Shown here piece by piece: positions 1 to 8,644 of a stretch of 64,000 nt of DNA. The stretch spans positions 44,355-108,354 of the forward strand of contig JACVJC010000003.1 of NCBI GenBank assembly GCA_015711795.1, read 5' to 3'. This DNA comes from Candidatus Geothermocultor quzhuomuensis. Lineage in GTDB: Bacteria; Actinomycetota; Aquicultoria; Geothermocultorales; Geothermocultoraceae. Position numbers and translations under genes: made by a program. Positions within the stretch are counted from its first letter, which is position 1. Every line of letters starts with the position of its first letter. The notes below the pieces were generated by a model. That model was not told the DNA's origin, searched no databases, and saw only the letters and a list, made by a program, of their open reading frames with translations.

Positions 1-428
1 ACTGTTGAAGGTGAGGCAACAGGCTTTTCAGCTTTCTTTTCAGGCAAAATTGCTTTTGCCTCTTCCTTAATTGACTCTTGAGAAATAGGTGGTACTTCCT
101 TACTTACTTCAACCGATGGTAAAACTTCTCTCTGCGCCTCCTGAGGAGCAAAGCTTTCTTCATGTGCCACTCTCCGAACCGGAGTGGGTTCACCAGTTGG
201 AATACCAGCCGAGACAACAGTTAATATATCAAGCGGCAAAATAATTTCCGAACCAAACAATGTCTCCTCTTTCTCAGCTATTGAAACATCTGAAAGAACC
301 AAGAAGTCCCCTGTTGGGTCAAACCCTTTAAAGGTTCCCTCATAACGCCGATTACCATCCCAAACAACAATTACCCTACCCTCATCAGCTGCTTTCTTTA
401 TGAAAGAGCGATAAAACTTTTTTGACAC
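1..428 (-). CDS. Sm-like (LSm fold) domain protein, partial; C-terminus runs off the window edge. Proposed GTG start at 428-426.
   Basis: Manual minus-strand translation gives VSKKFYRSFIKKAADEGRVIVVWDGNRRYEGTFKGFDPTGDFLVLSDVSIAEKEE..., which fits the Sm/LSm pattern (basic helix, then V.V.L.dG..y.G.L.gfD...nlvL.d). A GGGAGGGGAGAG Shine-Dalgarno-like run lies just upstream. Not in the ORF track because it has no in-window stop. Confidence 0.35.
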   Translation of the reverse strand, partial: MSKKFYRSFIKKAADEGRVIVVWDGNRRYEGTFKGFDPTGDFLVLSDVSIAEKEETLFGSEIILPLDILTVVSAGIPTGEPTPVRRVAHEESFAPQEAQREVLPSVEVSKEVPPISQESIKEEAKAILPEKKAEKPVASPST

Positions 429-585
429 TTTACTCTCCCCTCCCAAAATCATTCACTCCTATAATTTAATTTTTCAATAGCAACAATTATATCAAATCCC
501 TAATTAAATGCAAAAATATCCAAGTAGCAAGGGGATAATTTCATCTAAAATTTAAGCCACTTAGAAAAGAAAGACTTAGTAAAAA

Positions 586-1713
586 TTAAGAAAAAATCTT
601 GGATAAAATGGGTAAGTAAAGGTTGATAGCGGATTCGGGGCAAAGTTCTTGGCAACAATAACAACGAATACAAACATCATAATCAAAATGTGGAATATTT
701 TCTCTCATCTCAATAGCATTAGAAGGACAGTTTTCGTAACATGTTTTGCAGCCAGTACACTTTAGCGCATCAACTTGGGGTTTTGGTGTAACCTGATTGC
801 GAGCAAAACAGAAAATAAAGGAAGGAACCCGATCCATAACACTTCCAGAGGGTAAAACAAAATCTTTAACTAAAACTTCTTCAAGAGAAAGACCTAAAAT
901 CTCAATCAAGTCTGGTTTAATAAGCCCCATTTCTAGTGCTTTTTTAACCGTTGGAACAAGTGAGGGAGCAATATTGCAAACTTGAGCAACCACAAAATCG
1001 AGAGCAAATGGATCACGACTAGCCAAAATTAACCCCAAGTTTCGAGGATTACCACCTGAAGGACCTTCACCATCCATTGCTACCACAGCGTCCATCAGGC
1101 TAAGATGGGGTCTAATTAAAAGATTCAAATCAACAAGCATTTGAGCAAAATTCTCCCGCTGAGGAACTTTTAGGTGAAATTGAGCTTTCTTAACCCCAGG
1201 GATAAAACCAAAGATATTCTTAACTGCTCCTGTTAAAGTCATAAAGCCATGGGTCTTGAGTTTGGGCAAGTTGATAATAACATCAACTTCTTGATAAATC
1301 TTAGCGATTTCAAACCTTTTAAAAGTCTTGCCATCAGGATTCTTTGCCTCAATTACCTCTTGGTCAAAAATGATAATTTGAGTACCAGTCTCTTGGCAAA
1401 CTTTGCCAATTCCCGTTTCCCTAAAAATCTTATTGAGAGCTTTTTGAGTGTTGCGCCCACCTGGACTGTCACCAACCAAAGGAATAGCCTCAATTGATTT
1501 AATCTCTTCAATGAGGACTTTTAAAACTTGAGGGTGGGTAGTAACAGCTCCTTCAGGATTTCGAGCTAAAAGCAAATTGGGTTTAAGAAGAACCTTACTG
1601 GCTGGTTTAACAAAACTCTCTAGCCCACCGAGCAAATCTAGAGTTTTGCAAACTGCTTCCTTAACCTGGCTCTCCTCGTAACTTGAACATTGAACAACTG
1701 CTACTTTGTGCAT
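586..1713 (-). CDS. DUF362-domain protein with C-terminal 2x[4Fe-4S] ferredoxin domain
   Basis: N-terminal and central regions are typical of DUF362. The C-terminus carries two CxxCxxCxxxCP ferredoxin motifs (CTGCKTCYENCP, CIRCYCCQELCP). Confidence 0.7.
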   Translation of the reverse strand: MHKVAVVQCSSYEESQVKEAVCKTLDLLGGLESFVKPASKVLLKPNLLLARNPEGAVTTHPQVLKVLIEEIKSIEAIPLVGDSPGGRNTQKALNKIFRETGIGKVCQETGTQIIIFDQEVIEAKNPDGKTFKRFEIAKIYQEVDVIINLPKLKTHGFMTLTGAVKNIFGFIPGVKKAQFHLKVPQRENFAQMLVDLNLLIRPHLSLMDAVVAMDGEGPSGGNPRNLGLILASRDPFALDFVVAQVCNIAPSLVPTVKKALEMGLIKPDLIEILGLSLEEVLVKDFVLPSGSVMDRVPSFIFCFARNQVTPKPQVDALKCTGCKTCYENCPSNAIEMRENIPHFDYDVCIRCYCCQELCPESAINLYLPILSKIFS

Positions 1714-1892
1714 ATGATTCCTAAAATTAACTCCTATTAGGCTTAAGACCCTGCTTGCTTTTATTCTACATTAGGCTATGTTAGATATAACCCAGCAAAC
1801 AGTTTGTAGCTCCTCTGCTAAACTAAAGCCTTTTCTTACTGGCTCGTTCAATTTTAACATAGAAAAAACTTAACCAATGAAAATGAAAGTTT

Positions 1893-1928
1893 TGAGTTGA
1901 CTTAAATTGACAAAAATTTGATAATTTG
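1893..1928 (+). promoter_or_regulatory. Putative sigma70-like promoter (TTGACT-N17-GATAAT) for the downstream lipoprotein gene. AAGGAGG RBS lies before the ATG at 1967.
   Basis: ttgacttaaattgacaaaaatttgataat read directly. AT-rich context makes chance matches likely. Confidence 0.3.
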
Positions 1929-1966
1929 CCATACTTTTTAAAATGTCTTAAGAAGGAGGCTGAGGA

Positions 1967-2317
1967 ATGAAACCACTTGCAGCAATTTCCCTTATTTTAT
2001 TTCTTACACTAAGTCTTTTTCTTGGTTGTGGTGGCAAAGACAAATCTCAATTCGTCAAAATCACCGAGAAGGAACTGGCGTCTAATTCTTTTAACAAAGC
2101 GGTAATTAAAGGAAAACTCAAAAATAGCGGGAGCAGTGAAATTGGTAAAGTTGTTCTCAAGGCTCAAATTCTAGACGATAAAGGAAGTATTCTTGCGGAA
2201 CCTTTTGAGATGTTTGGTCCAATAAAAGCAGGTGAAGAAATTGAGTTTTCCTTAAAGACAGATGTGGATTACTACAAAGCTAAAGATTTTAAAGTCGAAA
2301 TTGATTCAGTCCAATAG
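1967..2317 (+). CDS. small lipoprotein (signal peptide + LGCGG lipobox)
   Basis: N-terminus MKPLAAISLILFLTLSLFLGCGG is a type II signal peptide with lipobox Cys. Confidence 0.5.
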   Translation: MKPLAAISLILFLTLSLFLGCGGKDKSQFVKITEKELASNSFNKAVIKGKLKNSGSSEIGKVVLKAQILDDKGSILAEPFEMFGPIKAGEEIEFSLKTDVDYYKAKDFKVEIDSVQ

Positions 2318-2719
2318 ACTTAACTAACCCAGGGGTTTGATACCGCAAAAATAGACCAAGTAACTACAATCACTAAGACAATCAAGAGAAAAAGAAGGAG
2401 AATTGACCTAAAAAAGACCTTTCGGCAGTTCTCCATTTCTTTTGAATTCATTTTTATCCCTACTTAAATTAAGATTACTAAGAATATCGGAAAATTTTAT
2501 TTAAAGATTTTTCCCGCTTTAAGTTGATAAATCATCAACCATTTGAGGGAACACAGACTGAAGGCGGAAGACAGTAGACTGAAGTAAAAAGCAGACTGAT
2601 GACTTAAAGCTAAAGTAAGAAATTAGCTTAGAATTTAAGAGAGTTCCCAACTTTAGTCTATAGTCTTGTTTCTTAAGTTCTTGTCTTGAACTTAATCTAG
2701 TAAGCTTCAGTCTTTAGGG

Positions 2720-3469
2720 TTAATAGTGAGCTATTATGGTTTTACCTCCATAAACCTGGTCACCAAACTTTACTCTCAACTCAATATCCCTTTTAAAGAT
2801 AACCAAATCAACTTGGGAGCCCCTCTCAATGAAGGAAATCTTCTGCCCCAAACTTAACTCTTCTCCCTCTTTTACAAAGCAACTTATCTTATTAACAAAT
2901 TTATCAGCAATTTCAACTAAGGCAACTGATAAGTCATCCCCCTTTAATATAATTGTGTTTCTCTCATTAGCTAAGTGAAATTTTTTGTCAAATAAATCAA
3001 CAGCTTTTCTTAAAAAGGTAAATTTAAAATACTCCCAAAGGTCAACCATAGGAAAGTTAACTTTCGCTTGATAATAAAAGACTTTCTCAACTCTCCCTTT
3101 AATTGGAGCATAGTTAAAATGAACATCAAGGGGGGACATATAGATCCCAACGAGCCATCCATCCTTGTCTTCTAAAGTTATCTTGGAAAGCTCGCTAATT
3201 GCTATTTCTTCACCCAATTTTTTCGAAATGACTTTGCCTTCTTTAACTTGCCTGATGTAAATAACCTTGCCATCAGCTGGCGAGGCAATAACTCTCCCCT
3301 TTTCATCAGGGGTTCTAATTGGGTCACGATAAAACCAAACCTTTCTTAAATAAAAATAAATACCCCCTATTAAAAAAAGGGCAAGGAATAACATTAAAGC
3401 TAAACTCTTGGGGGAAACTATAGGAAACCAAAAGCTCTCGATAAATCTCTGGCTCTTAAAAATAACCAT
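2720..3469 (-). CDS. psd: phosphatidylserine decarboxylase-like proenzyme (short membrane-anchored form)
   Basis: N-terminal TM helix. YMSPLDVHFNYAP resembles the PSD LSPxDYHR motif, and ERGSQV resembles the autocatalytic G-S-(T) cleavage site near the C-terminus. Start is trimmed to an internal Met to limit overlap with the upstream gene. Confidence 0.5.
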   Translation of the reverse strand: MVIFKSQRFIESFWFPIVSPKSLALMLFLALFLIGGIYFYLRKVWFYRDPIRTPDEKGRVIASPADGKVIYIRQVKEGKVISKKLGEEIAISELSKITLEDKDGWLVGIYMSPLDVHFNYAPIKGRVEKVFYYQAKVNFPMVDLWEYFKFTFLRKAVDLFDKKFHLANERNTIILKGDDLSVALVEIADKFVNKISCFVKEGEELSLGQKISFIERGSQVDLVIFKRDIELRVKFGDQVYGGKTIIAHY

Positions 3470-4451
3470 GCTCCCTCCCAAACTTGTAAGCAACATAAGG
3501 CAATTTAGGAAGGTAATAACCAGCTAGCCCTAGAGCAATCTTAGCCCAGCTTTTCTTAAAATTGGGGATTTTACGAGGACGAGGGGAAAAACTTCCGCTT
3601 CGATAAGCATTATCTAAAGCAGCATAAGTTTTAACTAAGCCATTTTTTTGGTAATAGCGCCAGACCCTGTCAGAAGGTGTCTCAAGGAAAATCTCTTTAG
3701 GTAAATAGTAAAATTTGCACAACTCTTGATAAAGAGGCTCTAACTCCTTACAGTAACCATGAAGAGCCACTTTCTTGCGAAGATAATTATAATTTTTAAG
3801 GTCAAATGGATATTGATAATCTAGTTGAATAATTACCTCGATAAGTTGAAGCAAGACTTTAATCCGCTCCAAGTCCCAAGTGGGGTCAAAGACCCTTAAC
3901 TCAATTGTCCCAAGCCGCTTTGAGATAATAATGTCCTGAAACCTTTCCTCTCTATCATTTTTTAAGGGACCAACAGCAAAAGAATGGAAAATACGATAGG
4001 ATTGACCAAAGTACTTTCCCCCAACAGCTGGTGCGTTGATGGTCAGTAAAGTAAGAAGAGGCAAAAAATAAACTAGATTTCGGTAAACTCTTTCCTTATT
4101 ATCAAGTTGACTAAGATGAATTTGGAAAGCACAAGTATTTGTGGGGCTAGAAAGATTGAGTAAAGACCCAAGGGGAACAATTAAAGCAAGAGAAACTTCA
4201 GTTAAATCTTTCCTTCTCAATTTAAGGTCATTTAAAAGGCTATCAATGTTATGATGAACCCCTGTTGCAATTTCCACCCCTCCCATTAAAGCTTCAAGGA
4301 TATCTTTTCCTCGAGCAAAATTGGAAGCAGAGTGAAAATAGTAAAATTTTGGGTTTTTCCTCAGCAACTGAGCTAAGTAATAAAGAGACTGAAGGGATGG
4401 TTTTTCTGGTTCTACTAAAAATACTTCTTCTTCAATTCCATAAAGGGGCAT
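3456..4451 (-). CDS. carboxylate-amine ligase, glutamate-cysteine ligase family 2 (YbdK-like)
   Basis: N-terminus PLYGIEEEVFLVEP matches the GCS2/YbdK (T)LGVEEEFxLVD signature. The length (331 aa) is typical. Confidence 0.5.
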   Translation of the reverse strand: MPLYGIEEEVFLVEPEKPSLQSLYYLAQLLRKNPKFYYFHSASNFARGKDILEALMGGVEIATGVHHNIDSLLNDLKLRRKDLTEVSLALIVPLGSLLNLSSPTNTCAFQIHLSQLDNKERVYRNLVYFLPLLTLLTINAPAVGGKYFGQSYRIFHSFAVGPLKNDREERFQDIIISKRLGTIELRVFDPTWDLERIKVLLQLIEVIIQLDYQYPFDLKNYNYLRKKVALHGYCKELEPLYQELCKFYYLPKEIFLETPSDRVWRYYQKNGLVKTYAALDNAYRSGSFSPRPRKIPNFKKSWAKIALGLAGYYLPKLPYVAYKFGREHGYF

Positions 4452-4574
4452 TGTTACCTCAAGTTTTTTAAATAAATTATACTTTTAAAGTATAATTTTA
4501 AAACACCCTCTTTAAAACCCCTTTATTATGAGGACTAGCCCAGCCTGTTAAATGTCCAGATGGTTAGTTAGCCG

Positions 4575-4934
4575 TTAGGATGTTTTTCTCTTAATCATAA
4601 AGAAATAAAGAATGGGGATAACAATGCCGAAAGGTAGGAATAAGCCAACAATTAACCCAATTAACCAGAGGGTTTTATTCTTTTCTTGACCAGGGGGGAA
4701 TTGTGATTCTTCTCTCTTAACGCAATCAACAATCATCATAATCCAGAAAACAAGCGCAACAATGGCAACAACCACAGCTATCCCCCAGCAACAAAGAAGA
4801 GCAGTCCCAATAGCTTTACCTGCTTGTTCCTCTGCATTTTGAGCAAATGCCATTGCTGGGGAAAGTAAAGATAAAATAATTCCTAAAAGTAGCGATTTTT
4901 TTGTCATCTCTGCCTCCTTTCTTAGAAAAACCAA
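4575..4934 (-). CDS. small membrane protein (signal peptide + 2 TM helices)
   Basis: Hydrophobic segments present. No recognisable domain. Confidence 0.35.
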   Translation of the reverse strand: MVFLRKEAEMTKKSLLLGIILSLLSPAMAFAQNAEEQAGKAIGTALLCCWGIAVVVAIVALVFWIMMIVDCVKREESQFPPGQEKNKTLWLIGLIVGLFLPFGIVIPILYFFMIKRKTS

Positions 4935-4938
4935 ATCA

Positions 4939-5577
4939 TCAAATATACTTTTCAGCTAAATCACCAACGATTGGGAACTTATATACCTCTCCACCATAAG
5001 CCTTAATCATTCCAACAATCCAAAAGATAAATCCAATAGGACCAAGAATCCAACCAACCATGCTGATTAAGGAGGGAATGAAAGGGATTCGAGCTACTCT
5101 CAAGAATATAGAGAAAATTGGAATAACAATTTGTAAAATTTGTAAAGCACCAAAAAAGATTAATGACTGAAAAGCATGAAAGCGAACAAACTTATTTTTA
5201 TGTTCAATTAAGACAAAAATAAGCCCAGTAAGCCAACCTAGAAGATAGCATAATAAGCCAGCAATGTTTGGGCTTAAACCAGTTGAGGATTCCATCTCAG
5301 GTTGTGTTACTTCTCCTTGGGCTGGAGGAGGTTGAGAAGAAACAGAAGGAGTTGGGACAGCCTGAAGGGGAACAGGTTGAGATAGTGCCTCGGGTTGAGT
5401 TGAAGAAGTAACAGGTGTTTGAGCTGTAACTAAGCTTTGAGCACAATTAGGGCAATAACTTTTCTCATCAACAAGGGTCCGACAATCAATGCAAATTTCA
5501 TTACCACATTTTACGCAAATAGCAACACTGTTTTTGTCAGGATGATTTACGCAGGCCAACATCTCACCCCCTTTCAA
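4939..5577 (-). CDS. zinc-ribbon / Pro-rich linker / DUF4870 (YteJ-like) membrane protein fusion
   Basis: N-terminal CxxC...CxxC pairs (CVNHP..CVKCGNEICIDC...CPNC). A Pro/Ser/Thr-rich linker follows. C-terminal AGLLCYLLGWLTGLIFVLIEHKNKFVRFHAFQS is the DUF4870 signature. Confidence 0.6.
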   Translation of the reverse strand: MKGGEMLACVNHPDKNSVAICVKCGNEICIDCRTLVDEKSYCPNCAQSLVTAQTPVTSSTQPEALSQPVPLQAVPTPSVSSQPPPAQGEVTQPEMESSTGLSPNIAGLLCYLLGWLTGLIFVLIEHKNKFVRFHAFQSLIFFGALQILQIVIPIFSIFLRVARIPFIPSLISMVGWILGPIGFIFWIVGMIKAYGGEVYKFPIVGDLAEKYI

Positions 5578-5672
5578 ACGATATAAGAAGAGAGTTCTTT
5601 GAAGCTTAAGGAAATAGAAATAATTTTAAATTTCTTTTATCAAATTTCTCTTAATAAGTAAAGATATATTCT

Positions 5673-6353
5673 TCAATAAATTTCAGTCTTACCAATCACC
5701 TTTCCATTTGAAGCATCAATAGAAATTGACATCTCCCTTTCCAAGCTCGAAAAAACAACTTGCCACGCCCAAGAAACTTTTTTCTGAGGAGTAAGAAAAA
5801 ACCTCAAAGACAAAAATATCCTACCCTGGGAGTCAAAAGCTATAACCTCTCTCCCACCATTTAGCAAGGCAATTTTTAAAGCTTCAGGACTGTCCAACCT
5901 CCAATCTGAGATGCTAGAATGAGAAAAAATATCAAAATATTCTTCCGGCGCTTGGTTACCCTTTTCCTTTCGAGTCACTCTTCTATCTTTTACTTCAATA
6001 TAATAAGTGTTCTCTTCCAATGATTTTTTTGAATAAAAAATAAAAGCCCATCCTTCTCCTGATACAGCTCTTCCCCCTTCGTCAACCCGAACTCCCTTTT
6101 CTCTCAAAGTACTATTTATCTCAACCAACTTAGCATCAGGCTGCCAGCTTTTCGCCTCTTTCAAGGCAATTTCAAAAGCTTCCTTAGCCGTGAGATGAAG
6201 AACTGACTTTCCTAAAGTTTTAGCTTCTTTCTTCTGCCGCAAAAAAAACGAATAAAATAATAAAAAAGAGAGAAGAAAATATAAAAGAAAAAAAATAAAA
6301 AGGAAAAGCTGATATCTTCTTCCTGTAGAAACTCCTAAGCTCATGGCTGCCAT
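5673..6353 (-). CDS. membrane-anchored exported protein, unknown function
   Basis: N-terminal hydrophobic anchor, then a soluble domain. Start placed at the internal Met just after the upstream stop. Confidence 0.35.
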   Translation of the reverse strand: MAAMSLGVSTGRRYQLFLFIFFLLYFLLSFLLFYSFFLRQKKEAKTLGKSVLHLTAKEAFEIALKEAKSWQPDAKLVEINSTLREKGVRVDEGGRAVSGEGWAFIFYSKKSLEENTYYIEVKDRRVTRKEKGNQAPEEYFDIFSHSSISDWRLDSPEALKIALLNGGREVIAFDSQGRIFLSLRFFLTPQKKVSWAWQVVFSSLEREMSISIDASNGKVIGKTEIY

Positions 6354-6357
6354 ACTT

Positions 6358-7074
6358 TTATTTATCCCCTTCATGAGAAATAAATTTGCCGTTTTTAGGA
6401 TTAAAATAAACACTCAAACTTCTCGAGGGATCTTCTTCCAAAAAAAATTTTACCCTCCAAACCCAAAACAAAGATTTATCCTTTTGGAAAGGAATTAATC
6501 CTGCTGTAGCCAATCGATTTAACAACTCACATTTAATTTTAGTTTTTAGCTTTCCTTGAGTAATATTTTCTTGAAAAAAGTCCCTCCCCTTCCTTCTCAG
6601 TCCTTCTTCAATTATCTGAGAAAGGTCTACTTTCCAATCAAGTCTTTCTGATGAAATTTTATCCATAATTTTTTGATATTCTTTCCCTTCCTTAGAAGAG
6701 CTAAATGTATGTTCAGAACCCTTTTCTACTCTCACCTTGCCATTCTTATCAACAAATGCCCAAACTTGAAAGAATTTATTTACTTGAGGAACTTCATAAT
6801 AAAATTGCCAGTCCCCTTGAGGGGTTTTTAAAAAACTTGAAAAATCCTTATTTGCTTGGTAAACGGGAGATTGTAATCGGATAAAAACTCCCCCACCCCA
6901 GCTTTTTCTAACCTTACCATCAGCTGCTTGATAAGCTTGCCGGGCTGTGATAAATTGACTTGACTTAGGCTTAATTCCCCCACATCCAACTAAAGAAAAA
7001 AGCAAAATTAAAAAGAATCCACCGAGAAAGAAAGACACTATCAAATTCTTCTTTTTAGTTAAAGCAACCATCAT
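6358..7074 (-). CDS. lipoprotein, unknown function
   Basis: Signal peptide with LVGCGG lipobox. Confidence 0.45.
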   Translation of the reverse strand: MMVALTKKKNLIVSFFLGGFFLILLFSLVGCGGIKPKSSQFITARQAYQAADGKVRKSWGGGVFIRLQSPVYQANKDFSSFLKTPQGDWQFYYEVPQVNKFFQVWAFVDKNGKVRVEKGSEHTFSSSKEGKEYQKIMDKISSERLDWKVDLSQIIEEGLRRKGRDFFQENITQGKLKTKIKCELLNRLATAGLIPFQKDKSLFWVWRVKFFLEEDPSRSLSVYFNPKNGKFISHEGDK

Positions 7075-7532
7075 GGCTTTAGTGGAGTCGGGATTGTAGG
7101 TACAGTTATTGAAGGAATAGTTAATGAAGGCACCTTTAATTTTCCTTCTTCTTTGGCTTTCTCAATTTCCTCTTGTATTTTTTGACAACCTGGTTGAGCT
7201 TGCTTGTATCCAAGATAGCCTAAACCCCCAATGATTAGGAATGATAAGATAAAAATTAAAAGCAAAATACCACAGCCAATAAGGAGACAAGAAGCTGTGC
7301 TTCTTTTTTGAACCGGTGGATATTGAGGGGGAGCTGAAGACGTAGGAGCTTGAGACGGTGGCGGAGGTGGGCTTGGTGGTTGTGGAGTTGCTTGGGTAGC
7401 AACAATTTTTCCTAAACATTTACTACAATAATATTTTCCTGCAATTTCTTTGCCACAATCTAAACAAAAGGCTGAGCCACACTCTGAGCAAGAACCAACA
7501 GCTTCACTCTCAGGATGATTAATGCACTTCAA
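7071..7532 (-). CDS. zinc-ribbon / proline-rich / single-TM protein
   Basis: CINHPESEAVGSCSECGSAFCLDCG...CSKC is paralogous to the N-terminus of 4939..5577. A PPSPPPPPSQAP linker follows, then a TM helix. Confidence 0.5.
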   Translation of the reverse strand: MKCINHPESEAVGSCSECGSAFCLDCGKEIAGKYYCSKCLGKIVATQATPQPPSPPPPPSQAPTSSAPPQYPPVQKRSTASCLLIGCGILLLIFILSFLIIGGLGYLGYKQAQPGCQKIQEEIEKAKEEGKLKVPSLTIPSITVPTIPTPLKP

Positions 7533-7572
7533 CTTTTTCCTCCTTTCCCCATCTTTTTTAGCAAGGGAATTT

Positions 7573-7929
7573 TTAAACTTTCACCTCAGCCGAATATTTC
7601 TCTGCTAACTCTCCAACAATGGGGAGCTTAAATTTCTCTCCTTGATAAGCTTTAACCAAGCAGTAAATCCATAAGATAAAGCTAACAGGGGCAGCTAAAA
7701 TAGAGATTATCCAACCTACAAGGGGAATAAAGCCGCCGACTAAGGAAATAACAAATAAACCGCCAAATGTTATGATTGATTGCATAGCATGAAATTTGAC
7801 AGTACTATCTTCCTTCTCAATTAGAAAAAAGATTAAACCAGTTAACCAGCCAGCCAAATAACAAAGAAGAGCAGCTATATTAGGAGCTAAGCCTGTAGAG
7901 CTTTTGGGAGACTCAGGAGCTTCAGCCAC
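7573..7929 (-). CDS. DUF4870 (YteJ-like) membrane protein
   Basis: GLAPNIAALLCYLAGWLTGLIFFLIEKEDSTVKFHAMQS matches the DUF4870 signature and is paralogous to 4939..5577 and 54038..54496. Confidence 0.55.
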   Translation of the reverse strand: MAEAPESPKSSTGLAPNIAALLCYLAGWLTGLIFFLIEKEDSTVKFHAMQSIITFGGLFVISLVGGFIPLVGWIISILAAPVSFILWIYCLVKAYQGEKFKLPIVGELAEKYSAEVKV

Positions 7930-8191
7930 TTTGCACCTCCTTTCAAAGAGCTAATTGCTAAATTCTAACATTCTCGAGGTCCATTTTATGGCTCAAAATT
8001 ATCACTTAAATCGTAAGGTTGTCAATAAAATTCTCGAAAAGGAGTAAGAAAGCAAGTAGTAAAAGAAAGGTAGCTTATATTTTAGCGGAGCTCACTCCAT
8101 AAATTTGTTTCCAGAAAAAAGAGAGTAGAAATTCAAGCTAGGCTACATTAGAAATTGCTATGACTTTTCTAAATAATTCTTAAGTTGCCTC

Positions 8192-8449
8192 TTAATAATT
8201 AATAACCCTCTTGCTCATACTAGTTTTAAGATACTTCTCACAAGCTCTTTCAACCTTTTCCAAAAGATAAGTTTCGTAATATAAAAGCTTAAAAGGTCTC
8301 CGATTCTTAGTGAAAGTGGTGCTTTTTCTATTATCCTTCTTAAGCCTGCGCCTTAAATTAACAGTAAAACCAGTATAGAGTTTTTTGCCCTTATTGCTTT
8401 CAAAAAGTAAAGATAATACACATCCAACCTTTAAGATCCATACCCTGAC
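8192..8449 (-). CDS. GIY-YIG nuclease family protein (UPF0213/YhbQ-like); start uncertain
   Basis: KKLYTGFTVNLRRRLKKDN...LLYYETY...EKYLK fits GIY-YIG. The track ORF (to 8533) overlaps tRNA-Arg, so the real start must lie downstream of 8471. No canonical ATG is available, which implies a non-ATG start or an N-terminally truncated gene. Confidence 0.35.
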   Translation of the reverse strand, partial: VRVWILKVGCVLSLLFESNKGKKLYTGFTVNLRRRLKKDNRKSTTFTKNRRPFKLLYYETYLLEKVERACEKYLKTSMSKRVINY

Positions 8450-8470
8450 ATCAATTGGAATAATAGAAGG

Positions 8471-8546
8471 TTGGTGCGCCTGGCGCGACTTGAACGCGCA
8501 ATCTTTGGCTCCGGAGGCCAACGCTCTATCCATTGAGCCACAGGCG
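8471..8546 (-). tRNA. tRNA-Arg (anticodon CCG)
   Basis: Manually folded cloverleaf: acceptor GCGCCTG/CAGGCGC, anticodon stem TTGGC/GCCAA, loop CTCCGGA, T-arm GCGCG-TTCAAGT-CGCGC, encoded CCA. Confidence 0.85.
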
Positions 8547-8644
8547 CAAGTTCAAATCCTAGCTCTCTTTTGACTCTTGGTTATAGTTTAGCAGGTAAAT
8601 AAAGAGAAGCAAATATTGTAAATGAGAGCCCCCTTTGGTATGGC

